64,000 nt of DNA, taken from Candidatus Poribacteria bacterium. Lineage in GTDB: Bacteria; Poribacteria; WGA-4E; WGA-3G. The stretch lies in assembly GCA_963665235.2 (NCBI GenBank), contig CAXXLX010000001.1, positions 3,968,001 to 4,032,000 of the forward strand, given 5' to 3'. The notes beneath the pieces were generated by a model. The model ran no database searches. It was not told where the DNA came from and saw nothing but the letters and a program-made list of their open reading frames with translations. Of the stretch, positions 30,498 through 40,905 are shown one piece after another (positions within the stretch are counted from its first letter, which is position 1; each line of letters starts with the position of its first letter). Position numbers and translations under genes: made by a program.

Positions 30498-30563
30498 ATT
30501 TTCCTTTCGTCTGCGTTAGCAGTGTGTACTTCTGTGCCTCTCCGCGCCGTACCTGCTGTTCCG

Positions 30564-31589
30564 TTAGCGGTTTCGCGAGGCCGTTCTTTCGCGTTTAATT
30601 CGACGAATCGTTCGAGTGTGTTCAGCAAGTGTTTTTGAGAAATGGTGTTGTCCATTGTCAATTGCCACGAAATAGAAATAATCAGTTTTTTCGGGTCGAA
30701 TCGCGCCTAAGATAGAGGCCATTCCTGGGTTAGCAATCGGCCCAGGGGGTAAACCTTTATGCTGGTATGTATTGTAAGGCGATTCGACTTTGAGGTCAGC
30801 CCGTGTCAAAAGACGTTTCGGGTTGCCTAAAGCATAGAGCACGGTCGGATCGGCTTGTAGCCGCCAGTTGCGTTTGAGCCGATTGTGAAAGACACTCCCA
30901 ATCCGCACACACTCCGCTTCAGTTCCCGCCTCCTTCTCAATAATAGAAGCGAGCGTTATAAGTTCATGCCGTGTCAGACCGAGGTCACAGGTTTCCTCAT
31001 CCAAGGTTTGGTCCCATCTCTTATCGAATTCAGCAAGCATCATCTCCACAACAGTAGCGGCTGTTGTGCCTTTAGCGAATTTATAGGTATCTGGAAAGAG
31101 GTAACCTTCGAGCGTATCTGCTTGAATGCGGTATCTTTCGAATAGGCTCGGCTCATTCATCGCCTTGCGAAAAGCTTCCGCTGTGCCGAACCCTGCAGCC
31201 TCCCAAAGTTCAGCAACATCAGTTGCTGTAACCCCCTCCGGTACCGTAAACGTCTGTAATTCAATCTGCCCGTTTTGCAGTTCTTGAAGAATATGCGTGA
31301 GCGGCATGTTCCGTCTGAGTTGATAGGTGCCAGCCCGTAGCTTATGACTGACTCCTTGATGCCGGGCAGCCAATTGGAACGCAAGCGGGCTGCGGATTAA
31401 TTTTTTTGTCGCGAGGTGTTTTGCGATTGTGTGCGAACTAGTCCCGGGGGCAATAGTAACAGAGACTATCTCCGCTGACGAATCCGGTGGTGATAGATAG
31501 AAAACCACCGTTAATGCTGCAAAACACCCGACAATTCCGAGCCCGCAGAGTATATAAACTATAGATTGTGCAAGTCGTTTCCAAATCAA
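30564..31589 (-). CDS. mltG: Endolytic transglycosylase MltG
   Basis: LEGYLFPDTY, LASIIEKE, LQADPT, SPYNTY, GLPPGPIANPG. Confidence 0.95.
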   Translation of the reverse strand: MIWKRLAQSIVYILCGLGIVGCFAALTVVFYLSPPDSSAEIVSVTIAPGTSSHTIAKHLATKKLIRSPLAFQLAARHQGVSHKLRAGTYQLRRNMPLTHILQELQNGQIELQTFTVPEGVTATDVAELWEAAGFGTAEAFRKAMNEPSLFERYRIQADTLEGYLFPDTYKFAKGTTAATVVEMMLAEFDKRWDQTLDEETCDLGLTRHELITLASIIEKEAGTEAECVRIGSVFHNRLKRNWRLQADPTVLYALGNPKRLLTRADLKVESPYNTYQHKGLPPGPIANPGMASILGAIRPEKTDYFYFVAIDNGQHHFSKTLAEHTRTIRRIKRERTASRNR

Positions 31590-31816
31590 TATTGCCCCCT
31601 TTGGCTATTGGCTTCGCTGGCTTATGGCTGTTGGCTATTGGCAAGAGGAAAAGGGTTTTGACGCGCTTCAAAAAACTGTGCACCTTCACAGCGTCCCTTG
31701 CTAATTGCTATTGGCCATTCGCTAATTGCTATTTTGGCTATTGGCAAGAGGGCTCTGATGCGCGTCAGAGACCTTTTTAGAATCACAACATCTTGCTAAT
31801 TGCTAATTGCCAATTG

Positions 31817-32230
31817 CTAATTGCCAATCGCCATATACTCTTCTAGGATAAGCACCGCAGCAACCTGATCGATAATGTCTTTCTGCTTTTTAGAGTCTTT
31901 GTTGACCTTACGCAAAATGTCTTCCGCCTCCGCCGTCGTGAACCGCTCATCCGCGAATTCAACAGGGATATCCAGCCGCTGTGAAAGCCGAGCACCGAAT
32001 TTCTGTACACGCTTCGCCTGTGCACCGAGCGTGCCATCAAGTGAGACAGGTAACCCAATAACAATCCGTTCTACCTTATGGATAGACACCAAATCCCCAA
32101 TCACCATTATATCGCGTTGCCGATTCGTCCGGGTCAAAGTGCAGAGTGGATGTGCGCCAACGCCGAGCACATCAGTAATCGCCACGCCAATCCGAACATC
32201 ACCGACATCCAATCCGAGTAAAACTGCCAT
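31817..32230 (-). CDS. ruvX: Holliday junction resolvase-like RuvX/YqgF
   Basis: LGLDVGDVRIGVA, VIGLP, DERFTT, IDQVAAVLIL. Confidence 0.95.
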   Translation of the reverse strand: MAVLLGLDVGDVRIGVAITDVLGVGAHPLCTLTRTNRQRDIMVIGDLVSIHKVERIVIGLPVSLDGTLGAQAKRVQKFGARLSQRLDIPVEFADERFTTAEAEDILRKVNKDSKKQKDIIDQVAAVLILEEYMAIGN

Positions 32231-32337
32231 ATTCTGTCGATGCTCCTTTTTATGAAAAACCTTTTCCCGCTTATCTGATTTCTATACACTGTTAAAATTT
32301 TACACAAAAAATCTGGCAATGTCAAGACAAATATTAT

Positions 32338-33664
32338 GGGGTGTGTAAAATTTTTGTACTTAAACGTGAGTTTGAAAATAAATGTCCGTTTTCTCTATAA
32401 ATATATCGTCCCTACGGGACTAGGGGTTGGGGAAACATCTGCTTCTATAAATATATCGTCCCTACGGGACTAGGCGTATCGGGGCGACATGTTTAATGTG
32501 AACGCCAGACAAGCTAGCCCCAGCGGGGGGGTTGGGGAAACATCTGCTTCTATAAATATAGCGTCCCTACGGGACTAGGCGTATCGGGGCGACAGGTTTA
32601 ATGTGAACGCCAGACAAGCTAGCCCCAGCGGGGCGGTATCTTTATAGAAAACACAAAAACACAACACAAGCTAGCCCCAGCGGGGGGGTTGGGGAAACAT
32701 CTGCTTCTATAAATATATCGTCCCTACGGGACTAGGCGTATCGGGGCGACAGGTTTAATGTGAACGCCAGACAAGCTAGCCCCAGCGGGGCGGTATCTTT
32801 ATAGAATACACAAAAACACAACACAAGCTAGCCCCAGCGGGGGGGTTGGGGAAACATCTGCTTCTATAAATATATCGTCCCTACGGGACTAGGCGTATCG
32901 GGGCGACAGGTTTAATGTGAACGCCAGACAAGCTAGCCCCAGCGGGGCGGTATCTTTATAGAAACATCTGCTTCTATAAATATAGCGTCCCTAAGGCGTA
33001 TCGGGGCGACAGGTTTAATGTGAACAGACAAGCTAGCCCCAGCGGGGCGGTATCTAGCCCCAGCTAGGGGGGGTTGGGGAAACATCTGCTTCTATAAATA
33101 TATCGTCCCTACGGGACTAGGCGTATCGGGGCGACAGGTTTAATGTGAACGCCAGACAAGCTAGCCCCAGCGGGGCGGTATCTTTATAGAATACACAAAA
33201 ACACAACACAAGCTAGCCCCAGCGGGGCGGTATCTTTATAGAAGCACAAGTGCCAGACAAGCTAGCCCCAGCGGGGCGGTATCTTTATAGAAAACACAAA
33301 AACACAACACAAGCTAGCCCCAGCGGGGCGGTATCTTTATAGAAGCACAAGTGCCAGACAAGCTAGCCCCAGCGGGGCGGTATCTTTATAGAAAACACAA
33401 AAACACAACACAAGCTAGCCCCAGCGGGGCGGTATCTTTATAGAAGCACAAGTGCCAGACAAGCTAGCCCCAGCGGGGCGGTATCTTTATAGAAAACACA
33501 ACACCCTAGCTCATAATCACAAACCTTCTATTGCTACGCATCTTAAAATCCGCGAAATCCGATAAATCCGCGATTCAGACAACACCCCCGAAATTCACGC
33601 TTCCAATCCCCTTCCAATCTTCCATCCTTCCCTCTATCATAGTACAAAAACTTTACACACCCCC
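32338..33664. mobile_element. Family A TIR element, copy 2 (inverted relative to copy 1)
   Basis: Same TIRs and subterminal sequences as 7250-8398; internal array of composite X+Y units (~153 bp) followed by alternating X units. Confidence 0.8.
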
Positions 33665-34027
33665 AATTGCTAATGACGTTGATAAATTATACAGATTTTG
33701 CTATAATTTATCCATAAAAAAGTAATTCTAATCAAAAATTTTAAAATCTGATTGATAACAACATCTCGGCAATTCCGGTGATTATGGAAAGATTGGCACT
33801 TTTTGGCGTTGAACTTGCTAACGCTGAGTACGATAGCGTCTAATTTTTTACTATCTTTTTTAGCAGATAGCGTCTCTATTAAGATAGCAATTGGCAATTA
33901 GCAATTAGCAAGAAAAAGAAAACAAAGAGAAAGAGGTTTTTGACGCGCGTTAGAAACCTGCTTAGAATCTGAAACTCTTGCCAATAGCCAACAGCCAATA
34001 GCCAACAGCCAAATTAATACGGAGGAA

Positions 34028-34696
34028 TTGAAAGTGAAAAGGATTAAACAAATTTCGGAGCAGATTCGCGAAAATATAGACCGGTTCTTTGTTGAGGCAG
34101 CAGATAATAGGTTTGCTATCGATAAAGTTATCACGGATATGAGGCAGCGGATTTCAGAAGCGAAAAACCTCGTGGCGGAAGCGGTAGCAGAGGAACGCCG
34201 CTTAGCGAAAGCTTATCATGAAGCGGTCGTCATTGCGAAGCGATGGGGTCAAAACGCGGAAGAGGCCTTACGGAATACCGATACGGAGCTAGCAAACGTT
34301 GCACGTCAACGGCAGCACCGGCAGGAAAATGCCGCAAACCGCTATAAAGACCAGTTAGTCGCACAGCAGGAGATAGTGATACGTTCTAAAACCGCACTCA
34401 AAGATTTTTACGAAAGGTGCCAACGGGTCAAAAACCGTGCCGAATTGCTGCATCAACGTCAGAAGCAGGCAGAAACACGGGTTGAACTCTATAAAGCATT
34501 GGCAGAATTTAATCAATATGATGAAGATGCTGTGCTTGAACGAGCAGAACAGAAATTAGCAGCGACAGAAGCCACAGCCGCGATTTGGGAGGAACGGAAT
34601 CGCCGGACCGAACCACAGACAGAGACAACTGACACCGATTTCAACCTAGACGAAGCCCTCGCTGAACTCAAAAGCGATGTACTCGGTAATAGATAA
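34028..34696 (+). CDS. PspA/IM30-like coiled-coil protein
   Basis: Helical ~220 aa, A...A.EAL....ELA pattern, C-terminal LDEALAELK; GGAGG SD before TTG. Confidence 0.75.
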   Translation: MKVKRIKQISEQIRENIDRFFVEAADNRFAIDKVITDMRQRISEAKNLVAEAVAEERRLAKAYHEAVVIAKRWGQNAEEALRNTDTELANVARQRQHRQENAANRYKDQLVAQQEIVIRSKTALKDFYERCQRVKNRAELLHQRQKQAETRVELYKALAEFNQYDEDAVLERAEQKLAATEATAAIWEERNRRTEPQTETTDTDFNLDEALAELKSDVLGNR

Positions 34697-34702
34697 CCGG
34701 AC

Positions 34703-35482
34703 ATGATTCAGACAACAAGCCTTACGAAATACTTCGGAAAACTTTGTGCAGTTGACACCTTGACCCTGCACGTTGACGCTGGTGAAATCTTCGGATTTCT
34801 CGGCCCGAACGGTGCCGGAAAAACGACAACCATTAATATGCTAACAGGGTTGCTTCAGCCGACATCTGGAACAGCAACGCTCGCGGGTTATGACATTCAA
34901 ACGCAAAGTTTAGAAGCGAAATCCATCCTTGGGTTGATGCCTGATACACCGCAACTCTATGAAGCATTGAGTGGGCGGCAGTTCGTTCGACTGATTGCCG
35001 ATTTGTATGAGGTGCCCCCGGAGCAGTCGGAGGCTGAGATGGGGGTCTTACTCGAACAATTAGAGCTCACGGATGCTGCCGATGATAGAATCAAAGGGTA
35101 TTCCTACGGTATGCAGAAGAAAATTCTCCTGATTTCTGTGTTGGTCCATCACCCACGCATCCTTTTTCTGGATGAACCGACAAGCGGTCTCGATCCGAGG
35201 AGTGCCCGCACCGTTAGGGAAATTTTGCGTGAACGATGTGAACAGGGTTGCACCGTGTTTATGACGACACATATCTTGGAAATTGCAGAGCGGCTGTGTA
35301 ATCGGGTCGGCATTATCAGCAAGGGCCAACTTCTCGCCCTTGGCACTTTAACCGAATTACAGCAGAAACGTCAGCAGACGCAGGATGTAAAAAATAAACT
35401 GCAAGCAACACAAGATACGGGAGGCGAACAGCAATTTACAACACTTGAGGATATTTTCCTTGAGCTTACCGAAACCGATTAA
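34703..35482 (+). CDS. ABC transporter ATP-binding protein
   Basis: GPNGAGKTT, YSYGMQKK, FLDEPTSGLDP. Confidence 0.95.
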   Translation: MIQTTSLTKYFGKLCAVDTLTLHVDAGEIFGFLGPNGAGKTTTINMLTGLLQPTSGTATLAGYDIQTQSLEAKSILGLMPDTPQLYEALSGRQFVRLIADLYEVPPEQSEAEMGVLLEQLELTDAADDRIKGYSYGMQKKILLISVLVHHPRILFLDEPTSGLDPRSARTVREILRERCEQGCTVFMTTHILEIAERLCNRVGIISKGQLLALGTLTELQQKRQQTQDVKNKLQATQDTGGEQQFTTLEDIFLELTETD

Positions 35483-35504
35483 CGTTGAAAATGCACAGGA
35501 GATA

Positions 35505-37151
35505 ATGCGGACATTTCTAACACCGACAAAAATTTTAATTAAGGCGGCTTTGCAAGGGTGGCGCAACACGCTTAAGGGACATTCGGAGACACGACGCCGG
35601 CATCTTCTAAAAGGGATTGGTTATCTCATCTTTATTGTAGCCTTATCAATGTTAGGTCACTCCATATTCAAACATTTACAATTGACAAATGCGGACCCCG
35701 CGCTTGTGTTCAATATCCTTAACGGATTCATGATTTTCGGGGTTATCATTGTCGTCAAAGATTTGATGGAGAGTTCCCTAAAAATTCTGTATGAGGCTCC
35801 GGACAGCGCACTGTTACGGACCTTGCCGATACAACCCGTTTCGATTTTCGGCTTTAAGTTTGTCCATCTGACTGTGAGCCGTTTTATGAGTATACTCTGT
35901 TTCCTAGGGCCGCCGTGGGTGATATTCGGTGTAGTCTATGACCTGCCGTGGCATTTTTACGCTGCGTTATTTCCGGCGTATCTATGCCTGCTAATCATTC
36001 TCGCAAGTCACGTGACCGTTGGTATGCTGATAATTGCGCGTTTTTTTTCATCAGGGGCACTGTTTTCCACCCTGAAGGTGGTGGGCATCGTGATAGGTGT
36101 TACCGTTGGTTTTCTCCTATCTCTTACGCTGCTTTTTCAATTTGATTCAATGCAGATAAAGCAATATTTTCTCGAGTGGGCCTCCACGAAAACGGTGCAT
36201 GGCGGAAATTCGCTCACAGCTACAGCGTGGTTTCCGCACCAATGGATAGGCAAATTGATGTTCAGTTGGTCCCCAGCAGCCGAGACAGGGGCACGTCTCC
36301 GGTGGGGTCTTCTACTTATCGGGGCAAGTTTTGGCTCCGTGTGTCTTGCGACGTTCATGGCACTGCTAATTTATTCGCGGGGTTGGGAGAACATCAAGCA
36401 GTTGCAGACTAAGCGGAAGCCAGCTCGCGCTCCAGGGTCAAAACTGCGTGCTATCGCTCCGACATTCGGGCGCGGAAAAATGTCAGCGATGATACTAAAA
36501 GACTTCATCGTCTTCATCAGACACAGCGGCCGTTTCATAGCGATTCTGATGCTAACACTCTTTTTGGCACTCCATATCGGTGTCTTACTTGCACAAGGTA
36601 ATGTAGGAAATGTCAACGATGCCAAAGTTATCGCTGTCCAGGTTGTACTTTACAGCATTCTTATCTCATTAGGGTTAAGTTGTAGTGGGTTTCGCGAGGA
36701 AGCAAAAACGTGGTGGATGCTAAAATCCGCGCCTGTCACATCCCAATTAGTGTTTAGCAGCAAATTCTTAGCGACGTTTCTCTCAGGTGTAATTTATGCG
36801 GAATTCTGGATGCTGATAATTGTAAACCTGCTCCAAATTCCCGCAGGTCTCTATACACAGCTGCTGCTAATGCCGATTGTAACACTGATAGCAGTGAGCG
36901 CATTGAACACGGCGGTCGGAACCCTGCCGTGGATGGCAAATCTGACAGATGAGCCAAAACCGCTGCTGCGCGGCTTAACCTTTCTAGGCACAATCATTGT
37001 AGACATAGGCCTAGTTATCATATCAATGATTGCTTTCGAGCGTCCAAGTATCATCTGGTTTGTTGGATTGTTAGTACTTCTATCAGGTGTGTTTGTTATA
37101 TCTTATAGGTGGGGAACAAACAATCTCCACAAATTATTAGCCGCTCGGTAG
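35505..37151 (+). CDS. Putative ABC exporter permease
   Basis: ~12 hydrophobic segments; follows the ATPase; AGGAG SD. Confidence 0.8.
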   Translation: MRTFLTPTKILIKAALQGWRNTLKGHSETRRRHLLKGIGYLIFIVALSMLGHSIFKHLQLTNADPALVFNILNGFMIFGVIIVVKDLMESSLKILYEAPDSALLRTLPIQPVSIFGFKFVHLTVSRFMSILCFLGPPWVIFGVVYDLPWHFYAALFPAYLCLLIILASHVTVGMLIIARFFSSGALFSTLKVVGIVIGVTVGFLLSLTLLFQFDSMQIKQYFLEWASTKTVHGGNSLTATAWFPHQWIGKLMFSWSPAAETGARLRWGLLLIGASFGSVCLATFMALLIYSRGWENIKQLQTKRKPARAPGSKLRAIAPTFGRGKMSAMILKDFIVFIRHSGRFIAILMLTLFLALHIGVLLAQGNVGNVNDAKVIAVQVVLYSILISLGLSCSGFREEAKTWWMLKSAPVTSQLVFSSKFLATFLSGVIYAEFWMLIIVNLLQIPAGLYTQLLLMPIVTLIAVSALNTAVGTLPWMANLTDEPKPLLRGLTFLGTIIVDIGLVIISMIAFERPSIIWFVGLLVLLSGVFVISYRWGTNNLHKLLAAR

Positions 37152-37257
37152 GAGCGTGCTGCGCACGCGACCCTTCCTCGGTAGGAACGTGCTTCGCACG
37201 CGACCTCTTCGGTAGGAACGTGCTTCGCACGCGATAGGAATGCACGCACCGCGTGCC
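37148..37257 (+). repeat. GTAG-type REP cluster (GTAGGAACGTGCTTCGCACGCGA x3 plus one variant)
   Basis: GTAG followed by the hairpin CGTGC-TTC-GCACG. Confidence 0.8.
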
Positions 37258-37266
37258 GTCACGATT

Positions 37267-37776
37267 ATGTTAATAGAATATCAAGGCATAATACCACATG
37301 TGCACCCATCCGTTTTTGTTGCCCCGGGAGCAATGCTCATCGGCGATGTAACAATAGGTAAAGAATCAACCGTCTGGTTTAACTGTGTGCTCCGGGGCGA
37401 TTTGGAACCGATTCAGATTGGGTGTCGCACAAACATTCAGGATGGAACAGTGATACACATGGACAAAGAGCTTCCGTGTGTTATCGGCGACGATGTCACA
37501 ATTGGACATGGGGCAATTTTGCACAGCTGCACCATCGGTAACGAGGCATTAATCGGGATGGGTGCAATTCTCCTAACAGGGTGCACAATCGGTGAACGCG
37601 CTATTATTGCAGCAGGAACACTTGTACGCGAAGGCCAAAAAATTCCGCCTGGTACAGTTGCAATGGGAGTGCCCGCAAAAGTGCGGAGAGAAACCACCGA
37701 AGCCGAGTTCGAACGCGTTCGGCAGGGCAAAGAAGATTATGTCCTACGCGGCAAAATAATGCAAAATAGCCTATAA
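37267..37776 (+). CDS. Gamma carbonic anhydrase family protein
   Basis: LRGD, NIQDGTVIH, TIGHGAILHSC. Confidence 0.92.
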   Translation: MLIEYQGIIPHVHPSVFVAPGAMLIGDVTIGKESTVWFNCVLRGDLEPIQIGCRTNIQDGTVIHMDKELPCVIGDDVTIGHGAILHSCTIGNEALIGMGAILLTGCTIGERAIIAAGTLVREGQKIPPGTVAMGVPAKVRRETTEAEFERVRQGKEDYVLRGKIMQNSL

Positions 37777-37778
37777 TA

Positions 37779-37930
37779 ACCTAAGTTGCCACATAGTAGC
37801 ATAATCTTCCAGATTGTGCATATTTGTGTGCAAATTGGAAGTGAACGGGACAAATATTAGCTCATTATCGGCATATTTTCATTAAAGACGGTGTTTCCAA
37901 GTCTAAAAACTTATAAGTAGCAACTTGGGT
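37779..37930. mobile_element. Family B MITE, copy 1 (152 bp)
   Basis: TIRs ACCTAAGTTGC / GCAACTTGGGT; 7-bp TSD TATAATA (37772-78, 37931-37); internal GTAG REP. Confidence 0.85.
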
Positions 37931-38028
37931 TATAATAGCATAAACCCAAGCAACGCGCCGGGCTGGATATATGGCGAGGGAGGTTTTTCATGAAACCTGC
38001 CCTATCAAACCGAAAGGAAATATTAAAA

Positions 38029-39069
38029 ATGGCGAAACATAAATGTTTAATGATTGGTGGAAGCGGTATGGCTGGCGGTTGGATACACAACTTCAGAAAC
38101 AATTTCAGCGACCGCGTCGAAATTGTGGGGTTAGCAGATGTGAAAACAGATGTCCTTAAAAACCAAGGCGAGGCGTTAGGACTCAGTTCTTCACAACTTT
38201 TCACCGATTTTAACGAAGCGTGTGCAACGGTCAAAGCAGATTTTTGTGGTGTCGCAACCCCGCCGCAATTCCATAGTCCCGCCGCAGTTGCAGCGATGGA
38301 AAACGGCATGCCCGTTATCTGCGAAAAACCGATTGCCGACACGTTAGACGCTGCCAAAGCGATGGTACGCACATCACAGAAAACCGGATTGCCGTGTGCT
38401 ATCATCCAAAACTATCGCTACGCCAATAATAAACAGGAACTAGTCCGTATCCGTGAGGAAGGCAAATTAGGACGACTCCAACATATTGTCGGCAGATACG
38501 CCTGCGATTATCGGCGTTATCTATCGTGGGGTGTGGATTGGCGGCACGATATGGATTTCAGTCTGCTTTTTGAGGCATCAGTACATCACCTAGACATGCT
38601 CCGATTCCTCTCCGGCGGGGATTGTGAAACCTTGGTAGGATTCGGATGGAACCCCGAATGGTCCAGTTTTAAGCATTATTCCAGCGGATACTATTTGATG
38701 CGGATGGACAACAGTGTCCACGCCTCTTACGAGGGAAACAGTTCCGCAGCAGGCATCATCAATTGTTGGAATGGCGAACACTACCGCGCCGAATTTGAGG
38801 AAGGCACCGTCGAAATCGCAGGTGGAAACCAGATGACCATCCATCGCGTCGGCGGTGAAAAAGAGGTGTATGAGGCGCCCGGTATCCCATATTATGCCCA
38901 TCAACATCTGTTCGATGAATTTTTAAATTGGCTTGATGGCGGCAAACCTTCGGATACACGGATTGAAGACAACATCAAAAGTTTTGTTCTCGTCATCGCT
39001 GCGATGGAAACGTCGGTTGATGGACAACCGAAGCATATCGCGGACTACCTGAGTGACCTGTCAATTTAG
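38029..39069 (+). CDS. Gfo/Idh/MocA oxidoreductase
   Basis: VATPPQFH, CEKPIA, SVHHLD. Confidence 0.9.
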   Translation: MAKHKCLMIGGSGMAGGWIHNFRNNFSDRVEIVGLADVKTDVLKNQGEALGLSSSQLFTDFNEACATVKADFCGVATPPQFHSPAAVAAMENGMPVICEKPIADTLDAAKAMVRTSQKTGLPCAIIQNYRYANNKQELVRIREEGKLGRLQHIVGRYACDYRRYLSWGVDWRHDMDFSLLFEASVHHLDMLRFLSGGDCETLVGFGWNPEWSSFKHYSSGYYLMRMDNSVHASYEGNSSAAGIINCWNGEHYRAEFEEGTVEIAGGNQMTIHRVGGEKEVYEAPGIPYYAHQHLFDEFLNWLDGGKPSDTRIEDNIKSFVLVIAAMETSVDGQPKHIADYLSDLSI

Positions 39070-39196
39070 TAATTAGCAATTAGCGAATGGCGATTAGCAA
39101 TTAGCAAGAGGTTTGTGATTCTAAGAACATATCTGCTGCGCGTCAGAGTCCTCTTTCTCTTGCTAATGGTTTCCAATAGTCAATAACCAACAACCA

Positions 39197-39511
39197 ATGC
39201 ACAACAAACCACCAGAAATACCGCGTGTCCTCGAGGACATTCCTGAAGCGGAGCAGCATGTCCTGCTTGAAAAATTAGCACAGTGGATTGTCCGGCGAAA
39301 TTTGACCGCCCCTGCTATTCTATTTTTAGAGACCGGCAAACCGCTCAATTTTTTAGGCTCCCAACTTTTAATAGCCTTCAGTCCTTTTGTGCAGGCATTT
39401 TTTCGTGGGGACCGGTATCATAAAATCGCGCTTATTCTTGAAAAAGATGAAAACGTCGAATTACTCATACAACTTATAGAAAAATCTGAGGGAGGTAAAG
39501 GAGAAACCTAA
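39197..39511 (+). CDS. Hypothetical protein
   Basis: 104-aa ORF translationally coupled (TAATG) to the E2 gene. Confidence 0.7.
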   Translation: MHNKPPEIPRVLEDIPEAEQHVLLEKLAQWIVRRNLTAPAILFLETGKPLNFLGSQLLIAFSPFVQAFFRGDRYHKIALILEKDENVELLIQLIEKSEGGKGET

Positions 39512-40875
39512 TGGCCGTAGAACTGAGAATGCTCCAAATGGATCAGACCATGACCAAGGGAAAAATTGGCAAATGGCTCGTTAAGGAGGGGGACACCGTG
39601 ACGCAAGGACAACCCCTGCTAGAGATTGAAACAGATAAAGTTGTCCATGAACAGGAATCCCCCGCTGACGGTGTTATTGCCCAATTGCTTCCTGAGGAGG
39701 GCAGCGATGTCCCTGTCAACGCCCTATTAGCCATTATCGCGGCACCGGGCGAGGAGGTGGAACGCGTTGAAGTAGCAGAGGAGCCACCGTCTGACGCGCC
39801 AGCGCAGCCTACTGCCACACCTGCCGCTGCAACGAAAACAACCGTTCAAGCTGCCACGACACCTATTAAAAGCACACTGCCGAGCGTAAAAGCATCCCCC
39901 GCTGCGCGTCAACTTGCGGACAAACTCAGTATCGACTTAACGCAGGTGAAAGCCTCTGGACCTGGCGGTCGTATCCTTGAAAGCGATGTCCATCGACACA
40001 TTGAGTTGAGAGCACCGGCTTCAGCGGAACCGGCGCGTCTCAAAGCATCCCCGCTTGCGCGCCGATTAGCCAAGGAATTCGGGCTAGACCTCACCTCACT
40101 TAACGGTTCAGGGCCCGACGGTAGGATTGTTCGGGATGATGTGTTGCAAGCTGCTGATGAAATACCCGCTCAAGTGTTCCGGACTGAAACGCCAGAAGTT
40201 ATTGAACTTAGCAGCATCCGAAAAATTATCGCCGAACGGATGACGATGAGCGTTCAAACCAACGCAAGTGTCACACTTCATACCGAGGTTGACGCGACAC
40301 CCCTTGCCGAATTACGCGAACTTTTCAACGAAAAATTACAGGGGCAAGCGGTGAATCTCAGCTACACGGACCTGTTAGTCAAGATTGTTGCCAATGCCTT
40401 ACGGGAGCATCCTCGTCTCAACGCGACCCTCACAGATGAGGGAATTCACCAGTTAGCAGATATTAACATCGGGGTTGCAGTCGCATTAGAAGATGGGCTT
40501 GTTGTGCCGGTTATCCACCACGCGGATAAGGCGGGGTTATCCGCAATTTCTGAACAGATAAAAACCTTAGCAGAGAAGGCACGCAACAATCAATTGGCCC
40601 CCGGCGCACTTCAAGGCGGCACCTTTACCTTGACAAATCTCGGTAATTTCGGCGTAGATGCGTTTACGCCTATTATCAACCCGCCTGAATGTGCTATCCT
40701 TGGAGTCGGTCGGCTTCTCAAGAAACCGGTCGTCCACAACGATGAGATAGCGATTCGGCGCATGTTGACACTCAGTTTGACGTTTGACCATCGTGTTGTA
40801 GATGGCGCGCCTGCTGCACAGTTCCTGCAAACGGTGTCTCAATTTATACAGAACCCGTATCTTCTGCTTGTTTAA
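39511..40875 (+). CDS. 2-oxoacid dehydrogenase E2 dihydrolipoamide acyltransferase
   Basis: Lipoyl ETDKV, two KASP.AR E3-binding domains, catalytic FDHRVVDGA. Confidence 0.95.
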   Translation: MAVELRMLQMDQTMTKGKIGKWLVKEGDTVTQGQPLLEIETDKVVHEQESPADGVIAQLLPEEGSDVPVNALLAIIAAPGEEVERVEVAEEPPSDAPAQPTATPAAATKTTVQAATTPIKSTLPSVKASPAARQLADKLSIDLTQVKASGPGGRILESDVHRHIELRAPASAEPARLKASPLARRLAKEFGLDLTSLNGSGPDGRIVRDDVLQAADEIPAQVFRTETPEVIELSSIRKIIAERMTMSVQTNASVTLHTEVDATPLAELRELFNEKLQGQAVNLSYTDLLVKIVANALREHPRLNATLTDEGIHQLADINIGVAVALEDGLVVPVIHHADKAGLSAISEQIKTLAEKARNNQLAPGALQGGTFTLTNLGNFGVDAFTPIINPPECAILGVGRLLKKPVVHNDEIAIRRMLTLSLTFDHRVVDGAPAAQFLQTVSQFIQNPYLLLV

Positions 40876-40905
40876 TCTGAATCGCAGATTGACTTCATTA
40901 TCCAT

